A DNA stretch of 42,876 nt, taken from positions 1 to 42,876 of the forward strand of contig JBJKOV010000089.1 in the NCBI GenBank assembly GCA_046707105.1, read 5' to 3'. The DNA is from Thermodesulfovibrionales bacterium. GTDB taxonomy: Bacteria > Nitrospirota > Thermodesulfovibrionia > Thermodesulfovibrionales > UBA6898. Shown piece after piece: positions 15,792 through 25,010 of the stretch. The translations under genes and the position numbers were made by a program. The notes beneath the pieces are model-generated. The model was not told where the DNA came from, made no database searches, and worked only from the letters and a program-made list of their open reading frames with translations. Position 1 is the first letter of the stretch, and each line of letters starts with the position of its first letter.

Positions 15792-18700
15792 TTTATACTG
15801 AGCGCCGGGTCTCCGATGATATTAAAGCTGTTAAGGATAAACGATGGCCTGCCCTGAGCCTGGTAGCCCGCCATCGCCTTGATAACGGCGTCCCCAAGGG
15901 TAATCACCCCGGGCTGGAAGGCTGCAGTGTAAAAGCCCTGCCCGAGGATTTTCGCATCGGCGTTCAGTGAGAAGCCGGATGGCGCCCACGAGGAGACTAT
16001 CCCACCCCCGTTCTTCACAATAAGGGCGTCCGTCAGTGATTCAAAACCGGGGAAGGCATATTGGCCCACCATGCAGGTAAGGCCAATGAGCACTGGGTAC
16101 CGGCCGTTGCTCAGCCCGGCAACATCGTCCACGGTCAGGAGTCCATTCTGTGTCAGCTGGTCGATGCCTGCATGTCCCATGTAATTTACAAACTGCATGC
16201 CGCGATTCAGGCCGTCGAAAAGAAGACTTCTTGCCTGATCGAGCTGATAATCCGAAAGGTATATCTCCTCCACCAGATGGGCGGCAAATATTTGAGCTAT
16301 ATCGTTGCTGTCTTTCGGGAAATTACCGGCGCCATCAGGGCTGTCTGCAAGCATCATGACCCCGTCAATTCTGTCCCCTTCGAAGGACTTGATCTTATCG
16401 AGGACAGTTTGCATTTCGTCATTTGATACGACGGGAATCCTGCCGACGGCGATCTCCGGGACATTGTCTCCGTTGAAATCCCCAAGAACGTTGTCCGAAG
16501 GCACCAAACCCCACGGCGTACCGACCATGAGCGGTGGGATAAGGTTGCCTCCGAAGCCCATTACGTTCTTGTAGTCATATGTTCCGGCGCCGACAAGTAC
16601 GGCATACGACGGCTTCTTCTTCCAATTGTTATAAGCATATTGGAGGAAACTTTTTATCGCCCCTGGATCGTACATCCCGTAGTTGAACTCGTCCATGATA
16701 CTTTCGAGCGAAACCACCATAGTCGTCATTGTCTTGCTCTGCCTGTAATCGGCAAGCATCTGAGCGGCGTCCTTGAGCTCTTCCGGTGCAATTACAATGT
16801 AGTCGGCGGCCTTCTTCTTGCGCTTCAAATCCGCCGAAGGCAGAGCGGCTACTGTTTTCCCGGTAATAACGGCAGCGGGAGTGAAAGCGACATATACGGC
16901 ATTGGCGCTGTCCGGATAGAACTTCACCGAGTAATTCCCGGCCTGGCCCCCTGTCGACGCTGGAGCCACAACCTCCGGTTTCAGGGGGTCTGTAATATTA
17001 AAGACCGCTATCGAGGGCGTCGAGAACCCCGCCACCGTTATGGACGAGCTGCCTCCGGCTTTGAAGCGGAGGTAGTCGTTAACCGCCTCATACCGCCTCG
17101 CGTACGTCACGTCGAAGGAATCGATCATGAACAGGCTGTACGGCACGTTCGAGTCGAGAACAGCCTTTACCTCAAGGACATTATCACCCTGCCTGATCAA
17201 ACTTTGGTCTATATTCGCGACAACCGAGTAAGGGCTGATGCCGCTCCATCTTCCCTCGGCAATGTTCACTCCGTTCAGACTTATAACCGCATGGTGCTCG
17301 GGGTTTACGCCTGTCGACGTTATTCCGTACAGCCTCACCGTGATGGCGGCCGTATGGGCGCCGGTGGAGACAGAGTATGCCTTAAAGTTAAAGTCTTTCG
17401 TATCGAGACCCGGCGTGTCTGCCATTACATAATCCCAGAACCAGTAATCGGAATCAGGGTCGGTGGTAATGCCGGGGGCAGGCATGAGATCCTGTTCCAT
17501 GTGAATGGTATCAGCAAAAGAGTCCTGCACTGCACCCGCTAGAACCGCCTTGCCACCCTTAACCGAATTCATCAAAGATCCTTTCGCAGCATTCAGCCAA
17601 TAGATGTTCTCATCAGTGTAGACGTTGTTGATTCCCTTCCCGAAGAAGAAGAGCCCGGCATCGCCATTCGAGGGTGTATAAGAAACCTGGCCGTCGCTGC
17701 AGCTCAATGCGAGGTTGCCGGTCTTGATCATTTGCTCCACCGACTGCAGAGGCATATTGAGTTTGGCCGAGATATCGGAGGCATCGAGGTAATAGATGCC
17801 GTCGCCGGGGACCGGGATCTTAATCGCCGAGCCTTTGCGGGTCTGCTTCAGCGCCCTCGTATTCGCTTGTTCCTGCTTGGCAGCTGCAAGCCTTGAGGCG
17901 GCGGCTGCGGACATCCCGCGGACCTTCCTGCTGAAGGTGTCAGTCACCTGCAGGAAGTCCGAATCCGGCGTGGAGGCCGCATTGCGGACCTTTGTCGCCA
18001 CGTCTCCCTTGATAGTGATCTCCAGGGTGCCGTCCGAGGCAAACCTTTTCACTATATCACCGGCGCTGCTGCCGCCGAGGTCCACGGTGAACGGTCCGTA
18101 GACCAGGCTGCCGCCCTTGTTCTGGACCTCCACAATCTTATAAAGCTGTTTTCCGGAGGGAACGGCCGACTGATCGATCAGCCGGTATGTACCACCCGCC
18201 CCGGAGGTGAGAAAACCTGGAAGGAGGTACTTGTCCACTTTAACATACCTGCGAGTATTTGCGTCATACCGGTAAAGGTAAAAGCCGACTGTATTGCGTT
18301 CGGAGACTGTTTCCCATTCAACCACGACCTTGCCTCCCTGGACGTAGGCATCGAACCCGGCAAGGGATACCTCCGTCGGAGTAACTGTAGTGCAGCTCTG
18401 GTCGTTCGAAGGATTTACGTCCACGGGGATTGAGTTGCTAAGCGTTGCGCAGTTCTGGATTGCCGTGCCGCCGGTGCCGTCATTCGGATAAACATTGATG
18501 GTAAGTGTCGCAGTCGCATCTCTGTCGATCCTCCCGACATTCCATACGCCCGTATTATTATCGTAGGTCCCCTGGCTCGGATTGTTCGAGACATACGTCA
18601 CTTCAGATGGCAGAAGATCGCTGAGGTCCACCTTAAAAGCATGGTTCGTCCCGACATTTGTGAGAGTTATAGTGTAAACCAGCTCTGCGGAGGCTCCGGT

Positions 18701-21700
18701 ACCCGAAGGCGCCGCGTTGTCCACGGTCTTTACGACAGAGATATCAACAGGCACGGCCACCGTAACGTCCTCGGCAGTCGTCGAAAGTTCGTCAAAGGCA
18801 AGGCAGTTTGCGTTGGTGCTCGTGCATGACACGTTGTTTTGGTACGTGCCAGCCGGGACGGATCCGTCCACATTGGCAACAAACTGTATCGACAGCACAC
18901 CTTGAGGTCCGATAGTCCAGGCGCCCCACGTCGGGTGATTGGCACCCGCAGCAGGATCGACCGTCGCAGTTCTTTGACTTCCTGTGCCGGTCAGACTCAT
19001 GGACGTTGTACTCGCATACGTGAATCCGGACGCGAAATTGTCCGTTACCTGAACGCCTGTTGCCGGCGTTGCAGCGGGATTGGTCACAGTGAGAGTGTAC
19101 GTCGCGGTGGTGCCGGTGGTTGAGTTCGTCACATTCGGCGTGCTCGTGCTCTTGTCCGGGACAAGGGCGCAGACAGCCGTCGAAATCGGCGCGCCGCTGT
19201 TCGAGACCACGCCTCCCGGAATTTCTGTCGAGACGATAGTGGCGGTATTGTTATACGACCCGCACGCCGACGGCTGCACCGTCAGATGGAGGGCGCCCTC
19301 TGTGCCAGGAGCGAGAGTGCCGAGGCTCCAGGTAACAGTTCGCGTACCCGCGTTGAAGGTGCCGCCGTTATCGGCGGATATGAAACCAAGACCCGCGGGA
19401 AGAACGTCGGTCACCACAACATTGGTCGCGTTCGATCCGCCCGTATTCTTGTAGTAGAAAGAGTAAATGAACGTCGGGAACGGATTTCCGTAAGCAACAA
19501 GGGATGGGGCAGACTTGTCCAGTATGAAGGCCGGAGTATCCGTCACGTTGATTGATGCAGACGCCTGTTTCGTGGCCGTGTTGATCGAAGAAGCCGTGGC
19601 CGTGTTTGTCACCGTCGTGGTGCCGGCAGGCATGGGTTTGTTGACGGTAACATTAAAGCTCATCGCCCTTGTAGCTTTGCCCGGCAGCGTGCCGACGGCG
19701 TATACGATCCTGTTTAAGACCGCATCGAAATAGGCATTATCGCCGTCATTGGCGTCGGTCTGGCCGGCCGCCTGATAGACAATAGTTCCCTTCTTATATG
19801 ACATATAAGTCGGAACCGGATCGGTGACAACCACTCCCAGGGCGTCTTGAGACCCGACGTTTGCAACCGTCATCGACCAGGTCACATTCGCCCCCGCAGC
19901 CACAGGCCCGGCAGGGAATACGGTCTTGGTTATATTAAGATTCGGCCCGTTCAGGATCGTCACCCTCACCGTGTTGCTGTACTGCTGGGCGCCATACGCT
20001 ACGATGCCGGTGTTGTCTTTATAAGTCGTCCCCAAAGGCACTCCCGTCAACGATACGTTCATCTGGAAGGTGAGGCTCACGGAAGAATAGGCCGGGACTG
20101 ACAAATTCGTCCATGTGATCGTGCCGGAATTATAGATGCCGCCGTTTGTGGCGGATCCGACGACATATGAATAGTAGGCGCCGATCGGAAGGGCATCGGT
20201 AACGTTCACAGTTGTCGCAGACCCGGAGCTGTTTAGGACCTTAAGCGTGTACGTCGCCGTATCCCCGGGATAAAGGATAGTCTTGTCGACAGACTTCATG
20301 ATCGCCACGTTCGTCGCTACAGCCGTAGTCGCCGAACTGGTTATCGGCTGGGTCTGATTGGTCGTGAGCTGCGAGGTATTGACCAGCGTGTATATTCCTG
20401 ACGGGAATGGATTCTGCACCGTCACGGTGACTACGAGGGTTCCCTGCTGGCCGGCGGTTATCGTTCCCATAGTGGGGTTGTCATTGGAACTGACTGGACA
20501 GGTCAGCACCTGTCCCGACTGCGTGCAGGGGCTGGGACTTGTCGGACCTCCGTTGAGCGACGCAGTGGCAAAAGTCACTCCTGCGGGCAGGGTGTCTGTA
20601 ATTTGCGAGCCTGTCACATCCGAGCCGCCGTTGTTGCCGAAATTGATGCTGTAAGTCAGGGTGTCGCCGGGCACTGCGCTTATCTTGTCAACTGTCTTGT
20701 TCATGACCACCGACGTTCCCTGGTAACAGAAATGGCTTGGCGTCGGGACCTGTTTTCCATTGGACGTAGTGAAGATGCCGTCATAATAATAGGTCAGATC
20801 AAGGACCTGATTATTCGTATTGGTGCATGCCTCAAACCTCCAGTAAAGACGATGGCCCGCCTGGGGAGCGCTCGTCGGCGTGACGGTCATCTGGTTAAGC
20901 TGGGGCGTCTGATCGGCTCCCGTATAATTAACAGTCTCCTGTCCAAGAAGCGTCTTTGCGCCGGACGCGGGGTCGTAGTCATAGACAGAGGCGTACATGG
21001 TCGTAGGATTGCCGTTTGTCTTTTCGGTGTACCACTGAGCCGTGAGGGGCGTTGACGAACCGTTGTTTACAAGCGGCGGGTCCTGATAAAAATCGGCTAC
21101 CAACGTCAGGGGATTCGTCGGGGACGAACATCCGTTCGATGTGAGGTAAACATGGTGCAAAGCAGAAGGCCCGCTGCCGGCCGCAGTGGTATTGGCGATC
21201 TCCTGGCTTCCATCAAAGCCCACGTTCAGGAACTTGTTATGGAAATAATACGTCTGGCCCTGGCAGGTCATAGTTGATCCCGTCAGACCCACCGAGTAGC
21301 TGCTTGAAGCCGGCGGCGCGAAATTAGTCGCCTGGATCGACGCCGTATTCGTCGACGGATTGTCCCCGGCGTAAGGTTGAGACTGGGAATCCAGTGCCCT
21401 GAGCACCAGATTGCAGACACCCGATGCATTTGGAGCAAGGGTCCCGATGTTCCATGTCACCGACGTAACAGGATTGCCCGACGTCGTGCCCGCCGGGCAA
21501 TTTGTTCCCGCGGCCGAGGACACATAAGTCCAGCCCACAGGAACCGGATCGGTAATGGTGGTGCCTGCCGCGCTCGCATCGCCGACATTGGAAAAAGCGA
21601 TCGTGTAGGTCACGTTCGCTGTCGTCCCCTGCTGTATCGTGGGGTCTATAAATATCTTGTCGCCATTCTTCTGGATGGTAAGAAGGGGCGCAGCCACGCC

Positions 21701-24133
21701 GGTCACGATGATCGTTACGTTAGCGCTCTTCGGCGCTGTCTCGTTGGAGTAGATCGTTGCGGTGTTCAGTAATTTAGTCGGCGCAAGCTGCGGATACGGG
21801 CTCGTCACCTGGGCCATGAAAGATACGGTGAACGGTCCGGAATCCGATTGCAGATTGCCGACGTTCCAGGTGATCATCTTCGTCGTCGCGTTGTAAGTGC
21901 CGCCGTTTGAGGCGGAAACAAAGGTGAGCCCCGAAGGGAGGACATCTGTTATATACACCCCGGTTACATTTGCCGGAGAGTTGTTCGAGTAGGTGATTGT
22001 ATAGGTAATGTTGCCCCCCGGCGCCTGGGTCGCGACACTCGCGCTCTTTGCAATCGTGAGGTCAGGCGCTCCCACGCCGATCTGCACATAATTGCACGAT
22101 ATGTTCGTCGTCTGCCCCCATGATGCCACATTAACATTGGAACCGCATGTATTTTCATACGTCCCGGCCGTGTTCGGGGCCTGCGCAGTAAAGACGATCG
22201 TCCCTGTCCCTCCGGCGGAAATAGTTTTAGCAGGGGAAAAGGTCCATGTAACGGTATTTGTCGACACCGCAGGCGTCCCCGGAGCCAGGGTGCCCCCATT
22301 GGTGCTGACGTATGTAAAATATTGTGCCGGTGAAGAGCCGGCCACCGTCGGCAAATAATCCGTGACGTTGTTTACCTGCACGGTATTGCTCGTATTATTG
22401 TGCACCGTGACCGTGAACTGGACATTTTGTCCTGTTGCCACTCGACCGGGATTCGCGGTCTTATCGACAACCACCGTCTCCCCGCAGGAATTGTTTGACA
22501 AGCTGGAGCCGTAGACAATTCCCGGCGTGGGGTCAGGGTTTACTTTGTCCGTGGACGACGCCGTAGTGCCGTCCGGCAAAGTGTCTCCCGCCTGGACAGA
22601 CTGCAGAAAGCTCCATGTGTGGTAGCCGATATTGTTGGTTGCCACTACGCCGATCAGATAACTGCCGGCCTGAAGTCCGCTCCCGGCAGTGTTCCATGAA
22701 TACGTCCACTGTCTCGGGTCGGTCGCCGACTGTGTGCCCGCCCCGATGAGGACCCAGGACGAACCGTCATCAGCCAGACCGTTGCCGTTCGCATCGTAGT
22801 AGTAATAGAAGTTCGCCGCAGTAACATTTGTGTTGCACGCGGTATTGGTAATAGCGCCCCGCACCTGCGCTGTAAGGCCGGTCGTGCAGCCTGCGGGACT
22901 GGCCGTGACCGAGTCCACGACAGGCTGTGGAACAATCTCGGGACCATTGGGACCGCAGAGCACAACCAGATCGCCAAAGGGGACACAGGCGTCCGGCGTG
23001 GCAAGGAGGCTTTCGTTGGCGACGACATCCTTCTGGAACGGGTTAGTGAGGCTGTTTGCGGTCGAAAAGAAAAGCCCCGTCGGGTTCGTGCAGTCGAAAG
23101 AATAGGTACCGTTGCTCAACATCCCGAGGGGGATCTCGTAGTCAACAAAGTATTCGTTCTCGTTGTCCTGGCTGCACTGATGAGCTGGAGGCGCAAGCAG
23201 GGGGTCGTAATCGCTGATGTCAACAGAGCGGGTGGTCCCATAGTCCCAGACCGTCTCGGCCGAACCGTTCGGCCAATAAGCGTCGGGAGAATTGGAATTG
23301 TGAAAATTGAGGATCAGGCCGGACGGTCCGGGCGCCGTTCCGTCATTTACGAATGCCGTCGGGTTATGCCACAGTTCGAAGATGTCCCTGTCGTGGGGGT
23401 CCATGTTCTGGCTCAGTGTGTTGCTGTATACCGTGCGCAGGATGTCCACCGGATAAGCCGGCATGCCGGTCGAGCCGTCGAGCTGCATCCCGAATTCCCT
23501 GTATCCGTCGCCGTCGGTATCCATCAGCACCGTCCACTGGGCAGACTTCCACGGGTCCACATCGCTGAAGGCGCTCGGGGCCGGACCCGTAGCGTAAGTA
23601 TTCGGTATCTGCTCGACCCTCCACCTGAAAAAAAACATCTGATAGGCCGGATCGTAATCAATATATATGCTGGGGAGTGATTGGTCGGGGCAGCCCGAAC
23701 TGACGTTGACGTAGTTCTGCGGCCTGGTCCCTCCATTTGAAGGGTCAAGAACGCGGGGATCATTGATCGAGGCATTTTCCCAGGTATAGGCCATCCATGA
23801 ACTATCGCCCGGCCATGGGGCCGGAGAGAAGTTCGGACCATAATTCCCGCCAAGTGCTCCCCCGTTCCAGTACGGCACATAGCCAAGGACATTGGCCTCT
23901 GCCTTAACGGGCGGTATGGCGGCAAGAAGGAGAGAGATAACGAAGATAATGAAGGCATAGGGAAGCAACTTAAAGCCGCAACGTCCAACCGGTAATGACA
24001 TTTTTTGACACTTGTCATGACAAATAAGTTCAGAATGCGCGGCATTTGAGCCAATGCATTCCCTGATAAGAGCCTGTCTTCCGTCGGCCATAATCCTCCC
24101 CCTCACACTCCAAAACATTTTTAGACATCCCAT
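15788..24133 (-). CDS. Giant (up to 2781 aa) secreted DUF11-repeat protein with C-terminal peptidase C25 (gingipain-like) domain
   Basis: A single uninterrupted 8.3-kb ORF. Possible starts are 24133, 24091 (GGGGGAGGA just upstream) and 24001. The signal-like segment is FKLLPYAFIIFVISLLLAAIPPVKAEA. About nine DUF11-type repeats are present. The C-terminal C25 motifs are YIVIAPEEL, NYMGHAG and GLTCMVGQ. Confidence 0.9.
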   Translation of the reverse strand: MGCLKMFWSVRGRIMADGRQALIRECIGSNAAHSELICHDKCQKMSLPVGRCGFKLLPYAFIIFVISLLLAAIPPVKAEANVLGYVPYWNGGALGGNYGPNFSPAPWPGDSSWMAYTWENASINDPRVLDPSNGGTRPQNYVNVSSGCPDQSLPSIYIDYDPAYQMFFFRWRVEQIPNTYATGPAPSAFSDVDPWKSAQWTVLMDTDGDGYREFGMQLDGSTGMPAYPVDILRTVYSNTLSQNMDPHDRDIFELWHNPTAFVNDGTAPGPSGLILNFHNSNSPDAYWPNGSAETVWDYGTTRSVDISDYDPLLAPPAHQCSQDNENEYFVDYEIPLGMLSNGTYSFDCTNPTGLFFSTANSLTNPFQKDVVANESLLATPDACVPFGDLVVLCGPNGPEIVPQPVVDSVTASPAGCTTGLTAQVRGAITNTACNTNVTAANFYYYYDANGNGLADDGSSWVLIGAGTQSATDPRQWTYSWNTAGSGLQAGSYLIGVVATNNIGYHTWSFLQSVQAGDTLPDGTTASSTDKVNPDPTPGIVYGSSLSNNSCGETVVVDKTANPGRVATGQNVQFTVTVHNNTSNTVQVNNVTDYLPTVAGSSPAQYFTYVSTNGGTLAPGTPAVSTNTVTWTFSPAKTISAGGTGTIVFTAQAPNTAGTYENTCGSNVNVASWGQTTNISCNYVQIGVGAPDLTIAKSASVATQAPGGNITYTITYSNNSPANVTGVYITDVLPSGLTFVSASNGGTYNATTKMITWNVGNLQSDSGPFTVSFMAQVTSPYPQLAPTKLLNTATIYSNETAPKSANVTIIVTGVAAPLLTIQKNGDKIFIDPTIQQGTTANVTYTIAFSNVGDASAAGTTITDPVPVGWTYVSSAAGTNCPAGTTSGNPVTSVTWNIGTLAPNASGVCNLVLRALDSQSQPYAGDNPSTNTASIQATNFAPPASSSYSVGLTGSTMTCQGQTYYFHNKFLNVGFDGSQEIANTTAAGSGPSALHHVYLTSNGCSSPTNPLTLVADFYQDPPLVNNGSSTPLTAQWYTEKTNGNPTTMYASVYDYDPASGAKTLLGQETVNYTGADQTPQLNQMTVTPTSAPQAGHRLYWRFEACTNTNNQVLDLTYYYDGIFTTSNGKQVPTPSHFCYQGTSVVMNKTVDKISAVPGDTLTYSINFGNNGGSDVTGSQITDTLPAGVTFATASLNGGPTSPSPCTQSGQVLTCPVSSNDNPTMGTITAGQQGTLVVTVTVQNPFPSGIYTLVNTSQLTTNQTQPITSSATTAVATNVAIMKSVDKTILYPGDTATYTLKVLNSSGSATTVNVTDALPIGAYYSYVVGSATNGGIYNSGTITWTNLSVPAYSSVSLTFQMNVSLTGVPLGTTYKDNTGIVAYGAQQYSNTVRVTILNGPNLNITKTVFPAGPVAAGANVTWSMTVANVGSQDALGVVVTDPVPTYMSYKKGTIVYQAAGQTDANDGDNAYFDAVLNRIVYAVGTLPGKATRAMSFNVTVNKPMPAGTTTVTNTATASSINTATKQASASINVTDTPAFILDKSAPSLVAYGNPFPTFIYSFYYKNTGGSNATNVVVTDVLPAGLGFISADNGGTFNAGTRTVTWSLGTLAPGTEGALHLTVQPSACGSYNNTATIVSTEIPGGVVSNSGAPISTAVCALVPDKSTSTPNVTNSTTGTTATYTLTVTNPAATPATGVQVTDNFASGFTYASTTSMSLTGTGSQRTATVDPAAGANHPTWGAWTIGPQGVLSIQFVANVDGSVPAGTYQNNVSCTSTNANCLAFDELSTTAEDVTVAVPVDISVVKTVDNAAPSGTGASAELVYTITLTNVGTNHAFKVDLSDLLPSEVTYVSNNPSQGTYDNNTGVWNVGRIDRDATATLTINVYPNDGTGGTAIQNCATLSNSIPVDVNPSNDQSCTTVTPTEVSLAGFDAYVQGGKVVVEWETVSERNTVGFYLYRYDANTRRYVKVDKYLLPGFLTSGAGGTYRLIDQSAVPSGKQLYKIVEVQNKGGSLVYGPFTVDLGGSSAGDIVKRFASDGTLEITIKGDVATKVRNAASTPDSDFLQVTDTFSRKVRGMSAAAASRLAAAKQEQANTRALKQTRKGSAIKIPVPGDGIYYLDASDISAKLNMPLQSVEQMIKTGNLALSCSDGQVSYTPSNGDAGLFFFGKGINNVYTDENIYWLNAAKGSLMNSVKGGKAVLAGAVQDSFADTIHMEQDLMPAPGITTDPDSDYWFWDYVMADTPGLDTKDFNFKAYSVSTGAHTAAITVRLYGITSTGVNPEHHAVISLNGVNIAEGRWSGISPYSVVANIDQSLIRQGDNVLEVKAVLDSNVPYSLFMIDSFDVTYARRYEAVNDYLRFKAGGSSSITVAGFSTPSIAVFNITDPLKPEVVAPASTGGQAGNYSVKFYPDSANAVYVAFTPAAVITGKTVAALPSADLKRKKKAADYIVIAPEELKDAAQMLADYRQSKTMTTMVVSLESIMDEFNYGMYDPGAIKSFLQYAYNNWKKKPSYAVLVGAGTYDYKNVMGFGGNLIPPLMVGTPWGLVPSDNVLGDFNGDNVPEIAVGRIPVVSNDEMQTVLDKIKSFEGDRIDGVMMLADSPDGAGNFPKDSNDIAQIFAAHLVEEIYLSDYQLDQARSLLFDGLNRGMQFVNYMGHAGIDQLTQNGLLTVDDVAGLSNGRYPVLIGLTCMVGQYAFPGFESLTDALIVKNGGGIVSSWAPSGFSLNADAKILGQGFYTAAFQPGVITLGDAVIKAMAGYQAQGRPSFILNSFNIIGDPALSIK
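15791..16810 (-). other. Peptidase C25 (gingipain/PorU-like) catalytic domain of the giant protein
   Basis: The domain runs YIVIAPEELKDAAQMLADYRQ...VGRIPV...NYMGHAG...GLTCMVGQ. The His codon is at 16172-16174 and the Cys codon at 16073-16075, 33 residues apart. Confidence 0.75.
18380..22475 (-). other. DUF11 (conserved repeat domain) array, about nine units, with a ~200-aa insert (about 20710-21300)
   Basis: The recurrent pattern is x-L/I-T-I-x-K ... G-x-I/V-T-Y-T-I ... N-x-G ... V-x-V/I-T-D-x-L-P-x-G ... F/Y-V-S ... T-W-x-x-G-x-L. An example is PDLTIAKSASVATQAPGGNITYTITYSNNSPANVTGVYITDVLPSGLTFVSASNGGTYNATTKMITWNVGNL. Confidence 0.75.
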
Positions 24134-24295
24134 TATATTAAATCTGCCCGTCGATTGTAAATCGAAAAATATATAATCTACGTGGACTTAGGCATGGTAC
24201 ATCATCCTGAATGCCTGGTGCTTCATAGGCCCTGATACAACAAGTCCATCTATCCGCTTTTACTCTCCTCGGCCTTAGCCGAACATTGAATATTA

Positions 24296-24310
24296 GCAAT
24301 ATGGCTGCCA
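24296..24310 (-). promoter_or_regulatory. Candidate sigma54 (-24/-12) promoter upstream of the giant gene
   Basis: The minus strand reads cTGGCAGCCATATTGCt. This is GG-N10-GC with the consensus TGGCA and TTGC blocks at canonical spacing. It lies about 160-200 nt upstream of the candidate start codons, in the correct orientation. Confidence 0.4.
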
Positions 24311-24386
24311 GCTATTCTCAATAATCCTCGCCTTTACCGTCTTGCCTTAGTGCGCGAACTGACAACACCCGTTTATGAGAACTCCA

Positions 24387-24857
24387 CTAGCGCGCAAGGG
24401 CCATAACGTCACGCCCTGTTAAAGCGGCGTCCACATTTGCCTGGGAAATGGTACAGGTATAGTCCTTGTTGATGCTGTTGCATATGTTCGCCGGGTTTAC
24501 CGTGCAATGTATATCCCCTTTTTCCCTCTCTATATCCGGGTACCAGTAGGACTGCCATTGAGAAACCTTGCACCCCGTGGGACCGGTCATACTCAGAACC
24601 GCTGACGAATGGGCCGCAATCTTATTCGGCGGGTTCAAATTTGCCTGACAGCAGTAAACTCCCGGCGGAAGGCATGTACTGTCGATGGAATAAATCACCA
24701 TCTGCCGGGAACGGTCGGGACTGAGAGGAGTGTTCGAATTATTGACTATAGTTATTGTATGCGTAGTGTCACCTGCAAGAACCGCCGGCGCAAAGGCCAT
24801 GGAAAATACTATCAACGCAGCAATGAAGACGGTGCCAGACAAAGTCTGCTTTTTCAT
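24387..24857 (-). CDS. Small secreted Cys-rich hypothetical protein
   Basis: The track ORF starts at 24995. I prefer ATG at 24857 (GAGGAGGA 5 nt upstream), which gives MKKQTLSGTVFIAALIVFSMAFAPAVLAG. The protein has seven Cys. No family was recognised. Confidence 0.5.
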   Translation of the reverse strand: MKKQTLSGTVFIAALIVFSMAFAPAVLAGDTTHTITIVNNSNTPLSPDRSRQMVIYSIDSTCLPPGVYCCQANLNPPNKIAAHSSAVLSMTGPTGCKVSQWQSYWYPDIEREKGDIHCTVNPANICNSINKDYTCTISQANVDAALTGRDVMALAR

Positions 24858-25010
24858 GCGGTCCTCCTCTTTGCTTTCAGGTATTTTAACCCTTATAATC
24901 GCAATAACGAAAAGCACCAGAGAAACCGACAAATAAAAGAACCTTGCGAATGCAATTCTGCAGCATTTTCTGTATGGTCCTTTCTTTTTCAGCATTTTCG
25001 CCAGACATGT

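Noticed and set aside
16640-17542. 300-aa plus-strand ORF (and many 60-170-aa ORFs between 15755 and 24054 on both strands) inside the giant gene
   Set aside because: These ORFs are antisense to, or out of frame with, an 8.3-kb ORF that has clear repeat and protease motifs. Their translations are Arg/Gly/Pro-rich low-complexity strings, typical of shadow ORFs in GC-rich coding DNA.
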